Source of the DNA: Bryobacterales bacterium
Lineage (GTDB): Bacteria; Acidobacteriota; Terriglobia; Bryobacterales; UBA6623
Assembly (NCBI GenBank): GCA_965207255.1
Contig: OZ242276.1
Coordinates: 2,081,916 to 2,145,915 of the forward strand
DNA length: 64,000 nt
Direction: 5' to 3'
Of this stretch, positions 9,265 through 19,501 are shown in pieces. Position 1 is the stretch's first letter. Every line of letters starts with the position of its first letter. The position numbers and the translations under genes are program-made. The notes beneath the pieces were generated by a model. It saw only the letters and a program-made list of their open reading frames with translations. It did not search any database and was not told where the DNA came from.

Positions 9265-10665
9265 CTAAACCTCCACCAATGTATAGGTGTCCGGGTCTAG
9301 CAGGTCGATCACCGTCGACTGCTCTCCGGGCTTGTAGCCAACCGAGACGGTCTTGCGGGCCCGTCCAACAGCCATCGCAACGAGTCGACGCAAGGATTGA
9401 AGAGTACCATCGCCATCCTCTCCGCCGTGTGGAGTGACCTCTTGATTGATCCCGGGCAAGAGCACATGGTCGAATTCAAGGCCCTTTGCAGAATGGATGG
9501 TGGACAGCGCCACGAGTTCGGGACCGCTTGGCCATTCACGCTGTCGAGTCAGTTCGCAAAACGGAATATCCCTTTGGTTGAGGGCCTGACGGGCAAATGA
9601 GAACCAGCCACCGCCGAGAGGGTGCAGGATCGCGACGGTCTCGCCAGCGTTCAGATTGGGTTGAACCCGTCGCAACATCTGGTCTAACTGCGCGCCATAG
9701 CGACCCGCCACTACCTCAGGGGTTTGCCCCTCCTCCTGACACGCGTTCTCATCGGGCGCTACACCGTCCTCCTCTTGAGGCAGCCCGGCAAGCAGGGACC
9801 GGGCAAACCGGGCGATCTCCTTCGTATTGCGATGGTTACGTGAGAGCGTGAAGACCATTTCTGGCCTCAACTCAATGCCGAGTTCTCTCCATTGGAACCC
9901 CTGCGGATAGATTCTCTGTGCGGCATCAATAATGAATGTAGTTACGTGATCTTGTTCTAGGTGTGAAAGTACGGCACGGAGCTGATTCGCAGAAAGGTCC
10001 TGCGTCTCGTCCACAACTACAACGTCGTATCGTTGACTCTTTGCGTGGGCGACTTCAACGGCAATATCGTTCCAATCAACTTGTCCATCGGCTCGTTTTC
10101 GTTTCTTGTACGGTTCGATCACTTGGGTGAGCAGCCTTGTCCTAGTCTGCTTGTTGACGGCAGGTGCCCTGCCCCGTCCGGTGCGTAACGCGTCGATGTA
10201 CAGTTCCCGAGCATCGGCCGGGAAACGCCCTAAAACGTATTCAATCTCGTCGATGAAGTAATTCATATCCTTCGCACGCACACCGACCTGCCCCAACAGC
10301 TCAGTAAGGATCTCATTTCGATCATTGATGAGATCTCTGCTGCCTAGAAGTGACAAGGCCCATTGAGCGAAGGTCTCTACTGTCAAGTCGAGTCCTGAAT
10401 TGGAACCGACCTGTTCCTGCGCAAGCTGCTTGACATATCCCCGCAATGTCCGATTGAACGTTAGCACTAGAACCTTGACGGGCTGGTCGGAACGTAGGCG
10501 TTGCCTCCGGCTCAGGCGCGAAGCACAGAGTTGGCGAAGCCGTAACAGGGCTGCAGTGGTCTTGCCGCTGCCAGCGGCCCCTCGAATGAGACGGAATCCC
10601 AGCCCTGCATCCGTCAAGATCGGAAGTTGTTCGGGGGTAGGCTTGACTTGCTGTAGGACGCGCAC
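9265..10665 (-). CDS. compact UvrD/Rep-like superfamily-1 helicase (466 aa)
   Basis: It has a GTG start. SF1 motifs are present: GAAGSGKTT (Walker A), VLVLTFNRTL, VVVDETQDL (motif II), FIIDAAQRIY, SRNHRNTKEI, STIHSAKGLEFDHVLL, VAMAVGRARKTVSV. No extra nuclease domain is evident. Confidence 0.85.
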   Translation of the reverse strand: MRVLQQVKPTPEQLPILTDAGLGFRLIRGAAGSGKTTAALLRLRQLCASRLSRRQRLRSDQPVKVLVLTFNRTLRGYVKQLAQEQVGSNSGLDLTVETFAQWALSLLGSRDLINDRNEILTELLGQVGVRAKDMNYFIDEIEYVLGRFPADARELYIDALRTGRGRAPAVNKQTRTRLLTQVIEPYKKRKRADGQVDWNDIAVEVAHAKSQRYDVVVVDETQDLSANQLRAVLSHLEQDHVTTFIIDAAQRIYPQGFQWRELGIELRPEMVFTLSRNHRNTKEIARFARSLLAGLPQEEDGVAPDENACQEEGQTPEVVAGRYGAQLDQMLRRVQPNLNAGETVAILHPLGGGWFSFARQALNQRDIPFCELTRQREWPSGPELVALSTIHSAKGLEFDHVLLPGINQEVTPHGGEDGDGTLQSLRRLVAMAVGRARKTVSVGYKPGEQSTVIDLLDPDTYTLVEV

Positions 10666-11435
10666 CTAACTCTTCAGCCCGATTGGGGCACTAGCCGTCG
10701 CTTGCTGGACGCTACTGCTGGCGCACCCTGTGGCAGCACACGATGCTGCTCAACTACAAAGCACCGCTAATCAAGTCAGATCAACTGACTCTACCGTTGC
10801 TGCTGGGGTGCAAACACTATAGCACCGGATTGTTCGAGAGGCGGAATTGCGGCCTCGGCTGCGCCGTAAGGCGCGAATGTCTCGCGGCACCGCGCCCTAG
10901 GCCCGGCGGCGCTGGGCGCGGACGAAGCCTTCGACACGGCCGTGTCTCGGGGCAATTCGGAACCGACGAACAATATGCCTAAGCGATGATTCAGGAGCGG
11001 TGGCTAGCTTACAGTGACCCGTCTACGGCCATTAGAAACACCGCACCTCACCACCAAGAGGGGCTTCCTGTGAATCCGCTCCAAGCACCGGCTTTCGGTG
11101 ACCGCCGACTCCGAGATTGCGACCGACTTTGGCATACCCGCCCGTTGCGTCGTCGAGAGTGATGAGTGGACGAACCGTTCGGTGTGATTGAGGCCGCCCA
11201 CGACGCTCGTGGACGGCACTGGACAATTCACGTGCTGGACGATGGCTTGGCGGTGCGCCTAGCCGGAACGGTCGGCACAGGTGGGGCGGCCGTTGTGCGG
11301 ACCGGCGTTCCTGAACGAAACGCCTGCACAGAACGCCTCGGCCCGAATCGCGACATCCTCAATACCAGATTTAATGTATACTGATGTGTATAGATTAGCT
11401 GCCACTGTCGAGTGGTGCTAGTCGTCGAGCGATCC

Positions 11436-12884
<1,449 letters not shown>

Positions 12885-12915
12885 GCCGCCGACGCAGGGG
12901 AGAGCAAGCAAGCCA

Positions 12916-13683
12916 ATGCTGCGAATACAGAACCTGCACGTCAGCATAGACGGGCAGAAAATCCTGCGCGGGATCGACCTCGAAGTCCAGCCCGGCACGG
13001 TACACGCCGTGATGGGGCCCAACGGATCGGGCAAGAGCACGCTGGCGGCCGTGCTGGCCGGGCGCGACGGCTACGAGATCGAACAGGGCTCGGTCACGTT
13101 CAACGGCCAAGACCTATTGGAGATGGATCCGGAGATCCGCGCGCGCGAAGGCGTGTTTCTAGCCTTTCAGTACCCGGTGGAAGTGCCGGGCGTGACCACC
13201 ATGTACTTCATGCGCGAGGCAGTCAACGCGGTACGCAAGCATCGCGGGCAGGAAGAACTCTCCGCCGGGGAGTTCCTCAAGCTGGCCCGCGCGAAGATCA
13301 AGCCGCTGGGCATGGAAGCAGACATGCTCAAGCGCGCCATCAACGAGGGCTTTTCGGGTGGCGAAAAGAAGCGCAGCGAGATCTTTCAGATGGCAATGCT
13401 GGACCCCAAGCTGGGAGTCCTCGACGAGACCGATTCGGGCTTGGATATCGACGCTCTCAAGATCGTCGCCGATGGCGTGAATTCCCTGCGCAGCCCCGAT
13501 CGGTCGTTCGTGGTGATCACCCACTACCAGCGCTTGCTCGACTACATCGTCCCGGACTACGTCCACGTGCTGGCCGACGGCAGGATCGAGCTATCGGGCG
13601 ACAAGCACCTAGCGCTGGAACTTGAATCGCGCGGTTACGGCTGGATCAACGACGAAGTCGCGCCGCAGGCCGCAGGAGTCTGA
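12916..13683 (+). CDS. sufC: Fe-S cluster assembly ATPase SufC
   Basis: It has Walker A GPNGSGKST, an ABC signature FSGGEKKR and Walker B LGVLDETDSGLD. It lies between sufB and sufD. Confidence 0.97.
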   Translation: MLRIQNLHVSIDGQKILRGIDLEVQPGTVHAVMGPNGSGKSTLAAVLAGRDGYEIEQGSVTFNGQDLLEMDPEIRAREGVFLAFQYPVEVPGVTTMYFMREAVNAVRKHRGQEELSAGEFLKLARAKIKPLGMEADMLKRAINEGFSGGEKKRSEIFQMAMLDPKLGVLDETDSGLDIDALKIVADGVNSLRSPDRSFVVITHYQRLLDYIVPDYVHVLADGRIELSGDKHLALELESRGYGWINDEVAPQAAGV

Positions 13684-13684
13684 A

Positions 13685-14965
13685 GTGCCCGCTGTTTCCA
13701 ACAGGGCGGACCTGTACTTGGAGCGCTTCAGCGATGTGCTCGCCCTCTCGGCGGACGAGCCGACCTGGCTGCTGGAGCGGCGCAAGCGCGCCATGGAGCG
13801 CTTCTTGCAACTCGGCGTCCCCACGCTAAGGCACGAGGAGTACAAGTACACCGATCTATCGCCACTCGCCGACGGCCAGCTGCTGTTGGCGGCGCAGCCC
13901 GGCTGCTCCGAGACCGCCCTGCCCGCCTATGCGGCCGCCGGTAGCGCCGGCCTAGAGGCCGGTGACGGCCCGCAGGTGTTCGGCAGCCTCCCGCAGGGTG
14001 CCCGCGTGCTGACGCTGGCCGAGGCGCTGCGCTCCGAGCCCGAGCTCCTGCAACGGCACCTTGCCGCAATCGCCGATTGCGAGGATCACGCCATCTGCGC
14101 TGTCAACACGGCATTTTTCAGCAACGCCGTAGTCATCAAGGCCGAACGCGGCGCCGTGTTCGACGGGCCGCTTCACCTCGTGTTCGGAGACCCGGCCCGG
14201 GCCAGGCTGCCAAGGGTGCTGATCGTGGCCGAGCGCAATGCCTCGGTCCAAGTGGTAGAGACCTATGCCGGTTCCGGCGCCTATTGGCGCAACGCGGTGA
14301 CAGAGATCTATGCCGAGGAGAACGCCCGCGTCGACCACTACCGCGCTCAGGTGGAATCGCCGGACGCCTTCCACACAGGCCGGCTGCAGGCGTCCCAACA
14401 GCGTGACAGCTACGTCAGCTCGTTCTCCATCAGCTTCGGGGCGGCCGTAGCGAGGAACGACATCGGCACGCGGCTCAACGGTACTGGGTGTGAGTGCTCG
14501 CTGGACGGGCTATACGCCGTGCGCGGCGAACAATTGGTTGACCACCACACCAGCATCGACCATGCCATGCCGCACTGCAACTCGCACCAGCTCTACAAGG
14601 GCGTGCTCGACGACCGCGCTAGGGGCGTATTCAACGGCAAGATCTTCGTCCGTCCTGACGCGCAGAAGACCGATGCGGTGCAGAGCAACAAGAACCTGCT
14701 GCTCTCGGACCAGTCCGAGGTCAACACCAAGCCGCAGCTTGAGATCGACGCCAACGACGTGCGCTGCACGCACGGAGCAACCATCGGGCAGCTAGATTCG
14801 CTAGCGGCCTTCTACCTGCAGTCGCGGGGCATCGGAGCGGCCCGGGCGCGCAACCTGCTGACCTACGCCTTCGCGGCCGACGCCTTGGAACGCATCAAGG
14901 TCACTCCGCTCAAGGAGCACTTCGAGTCCTCGCTGCTGGACCGCTTTGCGTCGCAGGAGCCCTGA
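13685..14965 (+). CDS. sufD: Fe-S cluster assembly protein SufD
   Basis: The GTG at 13685 lies one base after the sufC stop. The C-terminal SufB/D beta-helix region is present (HQLYKGVLDDRARGVFNGKIFVRPDAQKTDA.QSNKNLLLS...PQLEI.ANDVRCTHGATIGQLD). Confidence 0.9.
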   Translation: MPAVSNRADLYLERFSDVLALSADEPTWLLERRKRAMERFLQLGVPTLRHEEYKYTDLSPLADGQLLLAAQPGCSETALPAYAAAGSAGLEAGDGPQVFGSLPQGARVLTLAEALRSEPELLQRHLAAIADCEDHAICAVNTAFFSNAVVIKAERGAVFDGPLHLVFGDPARARLPRVLIVAERNASVQVVETYAGSGAYWRNAVTEIYAEENARVDHYRAQVESPDAFHTGRLQASQQRDSYVSSFSISFGAAVARNDIGTRLNGTGCECSLDGLYAVRGEQLVDHHTSIDHAMPHCNSHQLYKGVLDDRARGVFNGKIFVRPDAQKTDAVQSNKNLLLSDQSEVNTKPQLEIDANDVRCTHGATIGQLDSLAAFYLQSRGIGAARARNLLTYAFAADALERIKVTPLKEHFESSLLDRFASQEP

Positions 14966-14990
14966 TGCGAGAACCGGAAGGAGCGCGAAC

Positions 14991-16235
14991 GTGACGACCG
15001 CGACGGCAGCGCCGGTCCGCCTCGACAGCGAGGCGTTGCGGGCAGACTTCCCCGCCCTGCACCAATCGGTGCATGGCCGTCCGCTGGTTTACCTCGACAA
15101 CGCTGCCTCGTCGCAAACGCCGCGCCCCGTCATTGACGCGCTGGTGGAGTACTACGAAAGGGACCGGTCCAACGTACATCGAGGGGTGCACGAGCTCAGC
15201 CAGCGGGCCACGGACAAGTACGAGTCCGCCCGCCTGCGCGTGCAGCGGTTCCTCAACGCGTCAGAGCAGGAGGAGATCGTCTGGACGCGAGGCGCCACCG
15301 AGAGCATCAACCTTGTCGCCTCGAGCTGGGGAAGGATCCACGTTGGCCGCGGCGATGACGTGATGATCTCGGCCATGGAGCATCACTCCAACATCGTGCC
15401 GTGGCAGATCCTGTGCCAAGAGCAGGGTGCCAACCTGCGCGTCATTCCGATGAACCAGGCTGGCGAGTTGGTCATGTCCGAGTTCGACAAGCTGCTCTCG
15501 CCGCGCACCAAGATCGTGGCGGTGACGCAAGTGTCGAACGCGCTGGGAACGGTCAACCCGGTGCGGGAAATCGCGGCCAAGGCGCACTCCGCCGGGGCCG
15601 TGTGCCTCGTCGACGGCGCCCAGGCGGCACCCCACATGCCCGTGGATGTCCAAGCGCTGGACTGTGACTTCTTTGCACTGTCGGGGCACAAGATGTGCGG
15701 CCCTACCGGCATCGGCGCACTCTACGCCCGGCGCGCTTTGCTGGAGGAGATGCCGCCCTACCAGAGCGGCGGAGACATGATCTCGTCGGTGAGCTTCGAA
15801 AAAACCGTGTACAACGATTTGCCGTACCGCTTCGAAGCGGGCACGCCCATGATCGCGGGGGCGATCGGTATGGGCGCCGCAGTGGACTACCTGAGCATGA
15901 TTGGCATGGACCAGATCGCCGCGTACGAATCCGATTTGCTGGCCTACGGTGCCGAGAAGCTCGATGCGATCCAAGGCCTGCGCCCGATCGGAACGGCAAG
16001 AGACAAAGCCGGCGTGCTTTCCTTCGAGGTCGAGGGCATCCATCCCGCCGACCTGGGCACCATCCTCGACCGCCAGGGAATCGCGCTTCGCGTAGGGCAC
16101 CACTGCGCCGAACCGGTCATGCAGTTCTATGGCGTGGCCGCGACCACGCGGGCCTCGATCGCCTTCTACAACACCCGCGCGGATTTTGACGCGCTGGCGG
16201 ATGCGATCGAGACCGCCAAGGAGATCTTCGCCTGA
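14991..16235 (+). CDS. sufS: cysteine desulfurase SufS (class V aminotransferase)
   Basis: The GTG at 14991 follows GGAAGGAG. It has PLP-lysine context ALSGHKMCGPTGIG and a catalytic Cys loop RVGHHCAEP. Confidence 0.95.
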   Translation: MTTATAAPVRLDSEALRADFPALHQSVHGRPLVYLDNAASSQTPRPVIDALVEYYERDRSNVHRGVHELSQRATDKYESARLRVQRFLNASEQEEIVWTRGATESINLVASSWGRIHVGRGDDVMISAMEHHSNIVPWQILCQEQGANLRVIPMNQAGELVMSEFDKLLSPRTKIVAVTQVSNALGTVNPVREIAAKAHSAGAVCLVDGAQAAPHMPVDVQALDCDFFALSGHKMCGPTGIGALYARRALLEEMPPYQSGGDMISSVSFEKTVYNDLPYRFEAGTPMIAGAIGMGAAVDYLSMIGMDQIAAYESDLLAYGAEKLDAIQGLRPIGTARDKAGVLSFEVEGIHPADLGTILDRQGIALRVGHHCAEPVMQFYGVAATTRASIAFYNTRADFDALADAIETAKEIFA

Positions 16236-16753
16236 TGTCCATGCTGAACCTAGGCCTGAACCAGCCGCAGCCCGAAACCGAGGAGAAGCGGGAGGGGGGC
16301 GAGCAGCCCGCAAGCGGCGGTCTCAACACGGGGGCGCTGTCAGCCGCTCCGAAATACGGCGAGTTCGTCCCGAGCATGCACTCGAACATGACGATGACGT
16401 CGCCCCTTCCGCCGAAGGAGCCGGAGTACGCCCCGGACGCTTCGCTGGAGGAAAAGGTCGTGGCTGTGCTCAAGACATGCTACGACCCGGAGATCCCAAT
16501 CGATATTTACCAACTCGGGCTGATCTACAAGGTCTTCGCACCGCGGGCGGAGGACGAGCCGGACAAGGTAAAGGTCCTGATGACCCTTACTGCGCCCAAC
16601 TGTCCGGCCGCCCAGACGCTCCCCGCGGAGGCCAAGTACAAGATCGAGCGCCTGTCCGAGGTCGCCGACGCGGAGATCGAGATCACGTTTGATCCGCCGT
16701 GGACGCCCGAAAAGATGAGCGAGGAGGCGAAGCTCGTCCTGAACCTTGTCTGA
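16235..16753 (+). CDS. sufT: DUF59/MIP18-family Fe-S assembly protein (SufT-like)
   Basis: It has a TGATG overlap with sufS and a DUF59 core VLKTCYDPEIPIDIYQLGLIY...MTLTAPNCPAA. The low-complexity N-terminal extension is unusual. Confidence 0.8.
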   Translation: MSMLNLGLNQPQPETEEKREGGEQPASGGLNTGALSAAPKYGEFVPSMHSNMTMTSPLPPKEPEYAPDASLEEKVVAVLKTCYDPEIPIDIYQLGLIYKVFAPRAEDEPDKVKVLMTLTAPNCPAAQTLPAEAKYKIERLSEVADAEIEITFDPPWTPEKMSEEAKLVLNLV

Positions 16754-16762
16754 GGTCTGAAC

Positions 16763-17260
16763 ATGCAACTGAACGCCCAAGAAGAATACGGCCTGCGCTG
16801 CCTGTTGCGACTGGCCCAAGCCGGGCCGGACGCGATGATGAACATCCAAGAGATCTCGCGCGCAGAAGGGATCTCGATGCCGCATGCGGCCAAGCTGATG
16901 CGCGTCCTGCGCGAAGGCGGCTTGGTAGCGAGCGAGCGCGGCCAAGCCGGCGGCTACCAACTGGCGCGGCCGCCGGAAGACATCACCGCAAAGCAGGCCA
17001 TCCACGTGCTGGGCGGGGCACTGTACGGAGGAGATTTCTGCGGGCGGTTCTCGGGGCACGAGGACCACTGCACGAATTCGATCGACTGCTCGATCCGGTC
17101 GCTGTGGCGGGCGGTCCAGTCGGTGGTCGACCAACTCCTCAGCCGCACGAGCATTCGCGACCTGATGTGCGCAGAGCAGGAAATGGACCGATTTGTGGGA
17201 GACCTAGTCGTGCTGACCGGCGGCACTGCCCCGACAGCCGCAAGAGCGAACCATGGCTGA
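16763..17260 (+). CDS. Rrf2-family transcriptional regulator, probably Fe-S binding
   Basis: It has an N-terminal wHTH (EEYGLRCLLRLA...) and a Cys triad in FCGRFSGHEDHCTNSIDCS. It is embedded inside the suf operon. Confidence 0.85.
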   Translation: MQLNAQEEYGLRCLLRLAQAGPDAMMNIQEISRAEGISMPHAAKLMRVLREGGLVASERGQAGGYQLARPPEDITAKQAIHVLGGALYGGDFCGRFSGHEDHCTNSIDCSIRSLWRAVQSVVDQLLSRTSIRDLMCAEQEMDRFVGDLVVLTGGTAPTAARANHG

Positions 17261-18332
17261 CCAAAAGCAATTCGAGGACGCATTGAGCCGCGTCGTACAC
17301 CCGGACTATGGCAAGAACATCGTCGAGCTGGGACTGATCACGGACCTCGCAGTAGCGAACGGGTCAGTGGCATTCCAGCTGCAAAACACGGTGGCGAACA
17401 CCGAGCGGGCAAACTCGCTCCTAGAGGAGGCCATCGCCGCCGTGCAGGTGGTAGACCCGCAAGTCCAGGTAGATGCGTCGATCACCAATCGAGCTAGGGC
17501 GAATCCCGCGGGCAGCAGCGGAAAGGGATCCATTGCGGGCGTGCGAAACGTCATCCCCGTGGCTTCGGGCAAGGGAGGCGTTGGGAAGTCGACGGTGTCA
17601 GCCAATATTGCGCTGGCATTAGCGGCAACCGGGGCAAAGGTCGGCCTGATGGACGCAGACGTCTATGGTCCGAGCATCCCGCACATCATGGGTGCCACGA
17701 GCGGGCCGCAGCAGGGCGGCCGGGGCATCATCCCGGTGCAAGCGCAAGGCATCCCAATCATCTCCACCGGCTTCTTCATCCGCAAGGATCAGGCGGTTGT
17801 GTGGCGCGGCCCAATGCTGGCCAAGATGGTCGAGCAACTCTCGAACCAAGTGGAATGGGGCGAGTTGGACTACTTGATCATTGACCTTCCGCCGGGCACG
17901 GGCGACGTGCAACTGAGCCTGTGCCAGCGCTTGGCGCTTACCGGCGCGCTGGTCGTCACGACACCACAGCCGATGGCGGTCAACGTTGCGGAGAAGGCGA
18001 TCATCATGTTCCAGCAGCTGAAGACTCCGCTGCTGGGCGTCGTAGAGAACATGAGCTACTACGAGTCGCGCTCGACGGGCGAGCGCGAGTACATCTTCGG
18101 TTCGGGCGGTGCCGAGAAAATCGCCGAACGCTGGAGTATCCCCGTGCTAGGCAAGGTGCCGCTCGCGACGACCGTGCGCGAGACCTCCGATCACGGCATC
18201 CCGATCGTGCTGGCCGATCCAGGCGCGCCGGCGGCGCAAGCCTTCGTGAGCGTGGCGGAGCAACTCGCGGCCCAAGTGGCGATGCACAACTTGAAGGCCG
18301 CAAACGAGGAGATGGTGCAGATCAACTTCTGA
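17253..18332 (+). CDS. Mrp/NBP35/ApbC-family P-loop ATPase lacking the CxxC motif
   Basis: It has an N-terminal DUF59-like segment, a deviant Walker A VASGKGGVGKST and DLPPGTGD. Where ApbC/Mrp normally has ..C..C.. the sequence reads ENMSYYESRSTGEREYIFG. The whole protein has a single Cys. Confidence 0.9.
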   Translation: MADQKQFEDALSRVVHPDYGKNIVELGLITDLAVANGSVAFQLQNTVANTERANSLLEEAIAAVQVVDPQVQVDASITNRARANPAGSSGKGSIAGVRNVIPVASGKGGVGKSTVSANIALALAATGAKVGLMDADVYGPSIPHIMGATSGPQQGGRGIIPVQAQGIPIISTGFFIRKDQAVVWRGPMLAKMVEQLSNQVEWGELDYLIIDLPPGTGDVQLSLCQRLALTGALVVTTPQPMAVNVAEKAIIMFQQLKTPLLGVVENMSYYESRSTGEREYIFGSGGAEKIAERWSIPVLGKVPLATTVRETSDHGIPIVLADPGAPAAQAFVSVAEQLAAQVAMHNLKAANEEMVQINF

Positions 18333-18353
18333 TCTGATGCAGCGAGGAACGCC

Positions 18354-19130
18354 TTACAGGTTGTTGGCACCCGTTTCGGCAACGAGCTGCGAAGCGCGCA
18401 GCAGCCCGTTCACGGTGCCGGCATCGGTCCACCAGCCAGACAGTTCGTCCCATTGCAGCGAGCCATCGGCGATGTAGCTGTTGTTGACATCGGTAATCTC
18501 AAGCTCGCCGCGCGCTGATCGCTCGAGTTTTGAGATCCGATCGAACACTGTCCCGTCAAACATATAGATCCCAGTCACGGCAAAGCTGGACGGTGGGTGC
18601 GCGGGCTTCTCCTCGATAGCAACGATGCGTTCGCCGTCAAAGCGTGGCACTCCGTAGCGCCCGGGATCGGGAACCTGCTTGAGCAGAATCCTGGCGCCTT
18701 GCTCCTGTGCGCGGAATGCGTTGACGGCGGCGACCACACTGCGTTCGATGATGTTGTCGCCGAGCATCACGCAGAGCTTCTCACCTTCGGAGAAGTGACG
18801 GGCCAGATCCAGTGCCTCGGCAATCCCACCCTCGCCTTCCTGATAGGTGTAGTCGAGGTGCTTGAGCCCGAATTCGCGCCCGTTCCCAAGCAGGCGCAAG
18901 AAGTCTCCGGCGTTGCGTCCGCCAGTGACGATCATGATGTCCTCGATGCCGGCGTTGACAAGCGTCCGGATCGGGTAGTAGATCATCGGCTTGTCATAGA
19001 CCGGCAGCAGGTGCTTGTTGATGATCCGGGTGATTGGATCGAGGCGGCTTCCCAAGCCCCCAGCCAAGACTACGCCCCGCACAAGCTCTTGATTGTAATG
19101 GACATCCGTACCAGCGAATTGTGGCCCCAC
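18354..19130 (-). CDS. sugar-phosphate nucleotidyltransferase (short RmlA-like glucose-1-phosphate thymidylyltransferase family)
   Basis: The N-terminal signature is GVVLAGGLGSRLDPITRIINKHLLPVYDKPMIYYPI. The family-typical length is about 250 aa. Confidence 0.85.
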   Translation of the reverse strand: MGPQFAGTDVHYNQELVRGVVLAGGLGSRLDPITRIINKHLLPVYDKPMIYYPIRTLVNAGIEDIMIVTGGRNAGDFLRLLGNGREFGLKHLDYTYQEGEGGIAEALDLARHFSEGEKLCVMLGDNIIERSVVAAVNAFRAQEQGARILLKQVPDPGRYGVPRFDGERIVAIEEKPAHPPSSFAVTGIYMFDGTVFDRISKLERSARGELEITDVNNSYIADGSLQWDELSGWWTDAGTVNGLLRASQLVAETGANNL

Positions 19131-19501
19131 TCCGCGGCGCGCAATCTGGCAGAGTTCCGGTAGCGCTCCAATCGCTAATTCGACGTAGCTGTACTGCCAC
19201 GGAGACTATAGCGCGCGGCGGCGCTGCTGCTGCGCCCGATCCTCATAACGAGCGTCGTCTAGCCTTCGCTGTCCTCGGCAGCCGGGCGTCGCAGATGCAC
19301 AGCGAAAAGGTCCCTAACGACCCCACCTCATCGGCCGCGGCTGCGTCCGATGCCATTGACGTTCAACGCATTTCGCGGCTAACGTCTCTCCCCCTGCCTG
19401 ACAGTCTCAAGCCCGCCGCCGAAGGCAGACGATCCCACCCCCCAACTTGCCGATGAACCTGATGCCCCATACTGTGAAATCTGGGCTGGCGGAAGAAATT
19501 C

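Noticed and set aside
10666-11360. Possible ncRNA or small genes in the 745-bp gap between the helicase operon and sufB
   Set aside because: It holds only short compositional ORFs (60-79 aa) without motifs. I could recognise no conserved RNA structure (tmRNA, RNase P, SRP, 6S or riboswitch cores). It is left unannotated apart from the AT-rich patch near sufB.
15261-16313. 350-aa ORF antisense to sufS
   Set aside because: It is the same kind of GC-driven artefact. sufS in the forward frame has its PLP-Lys and catalytic Cys motifs.
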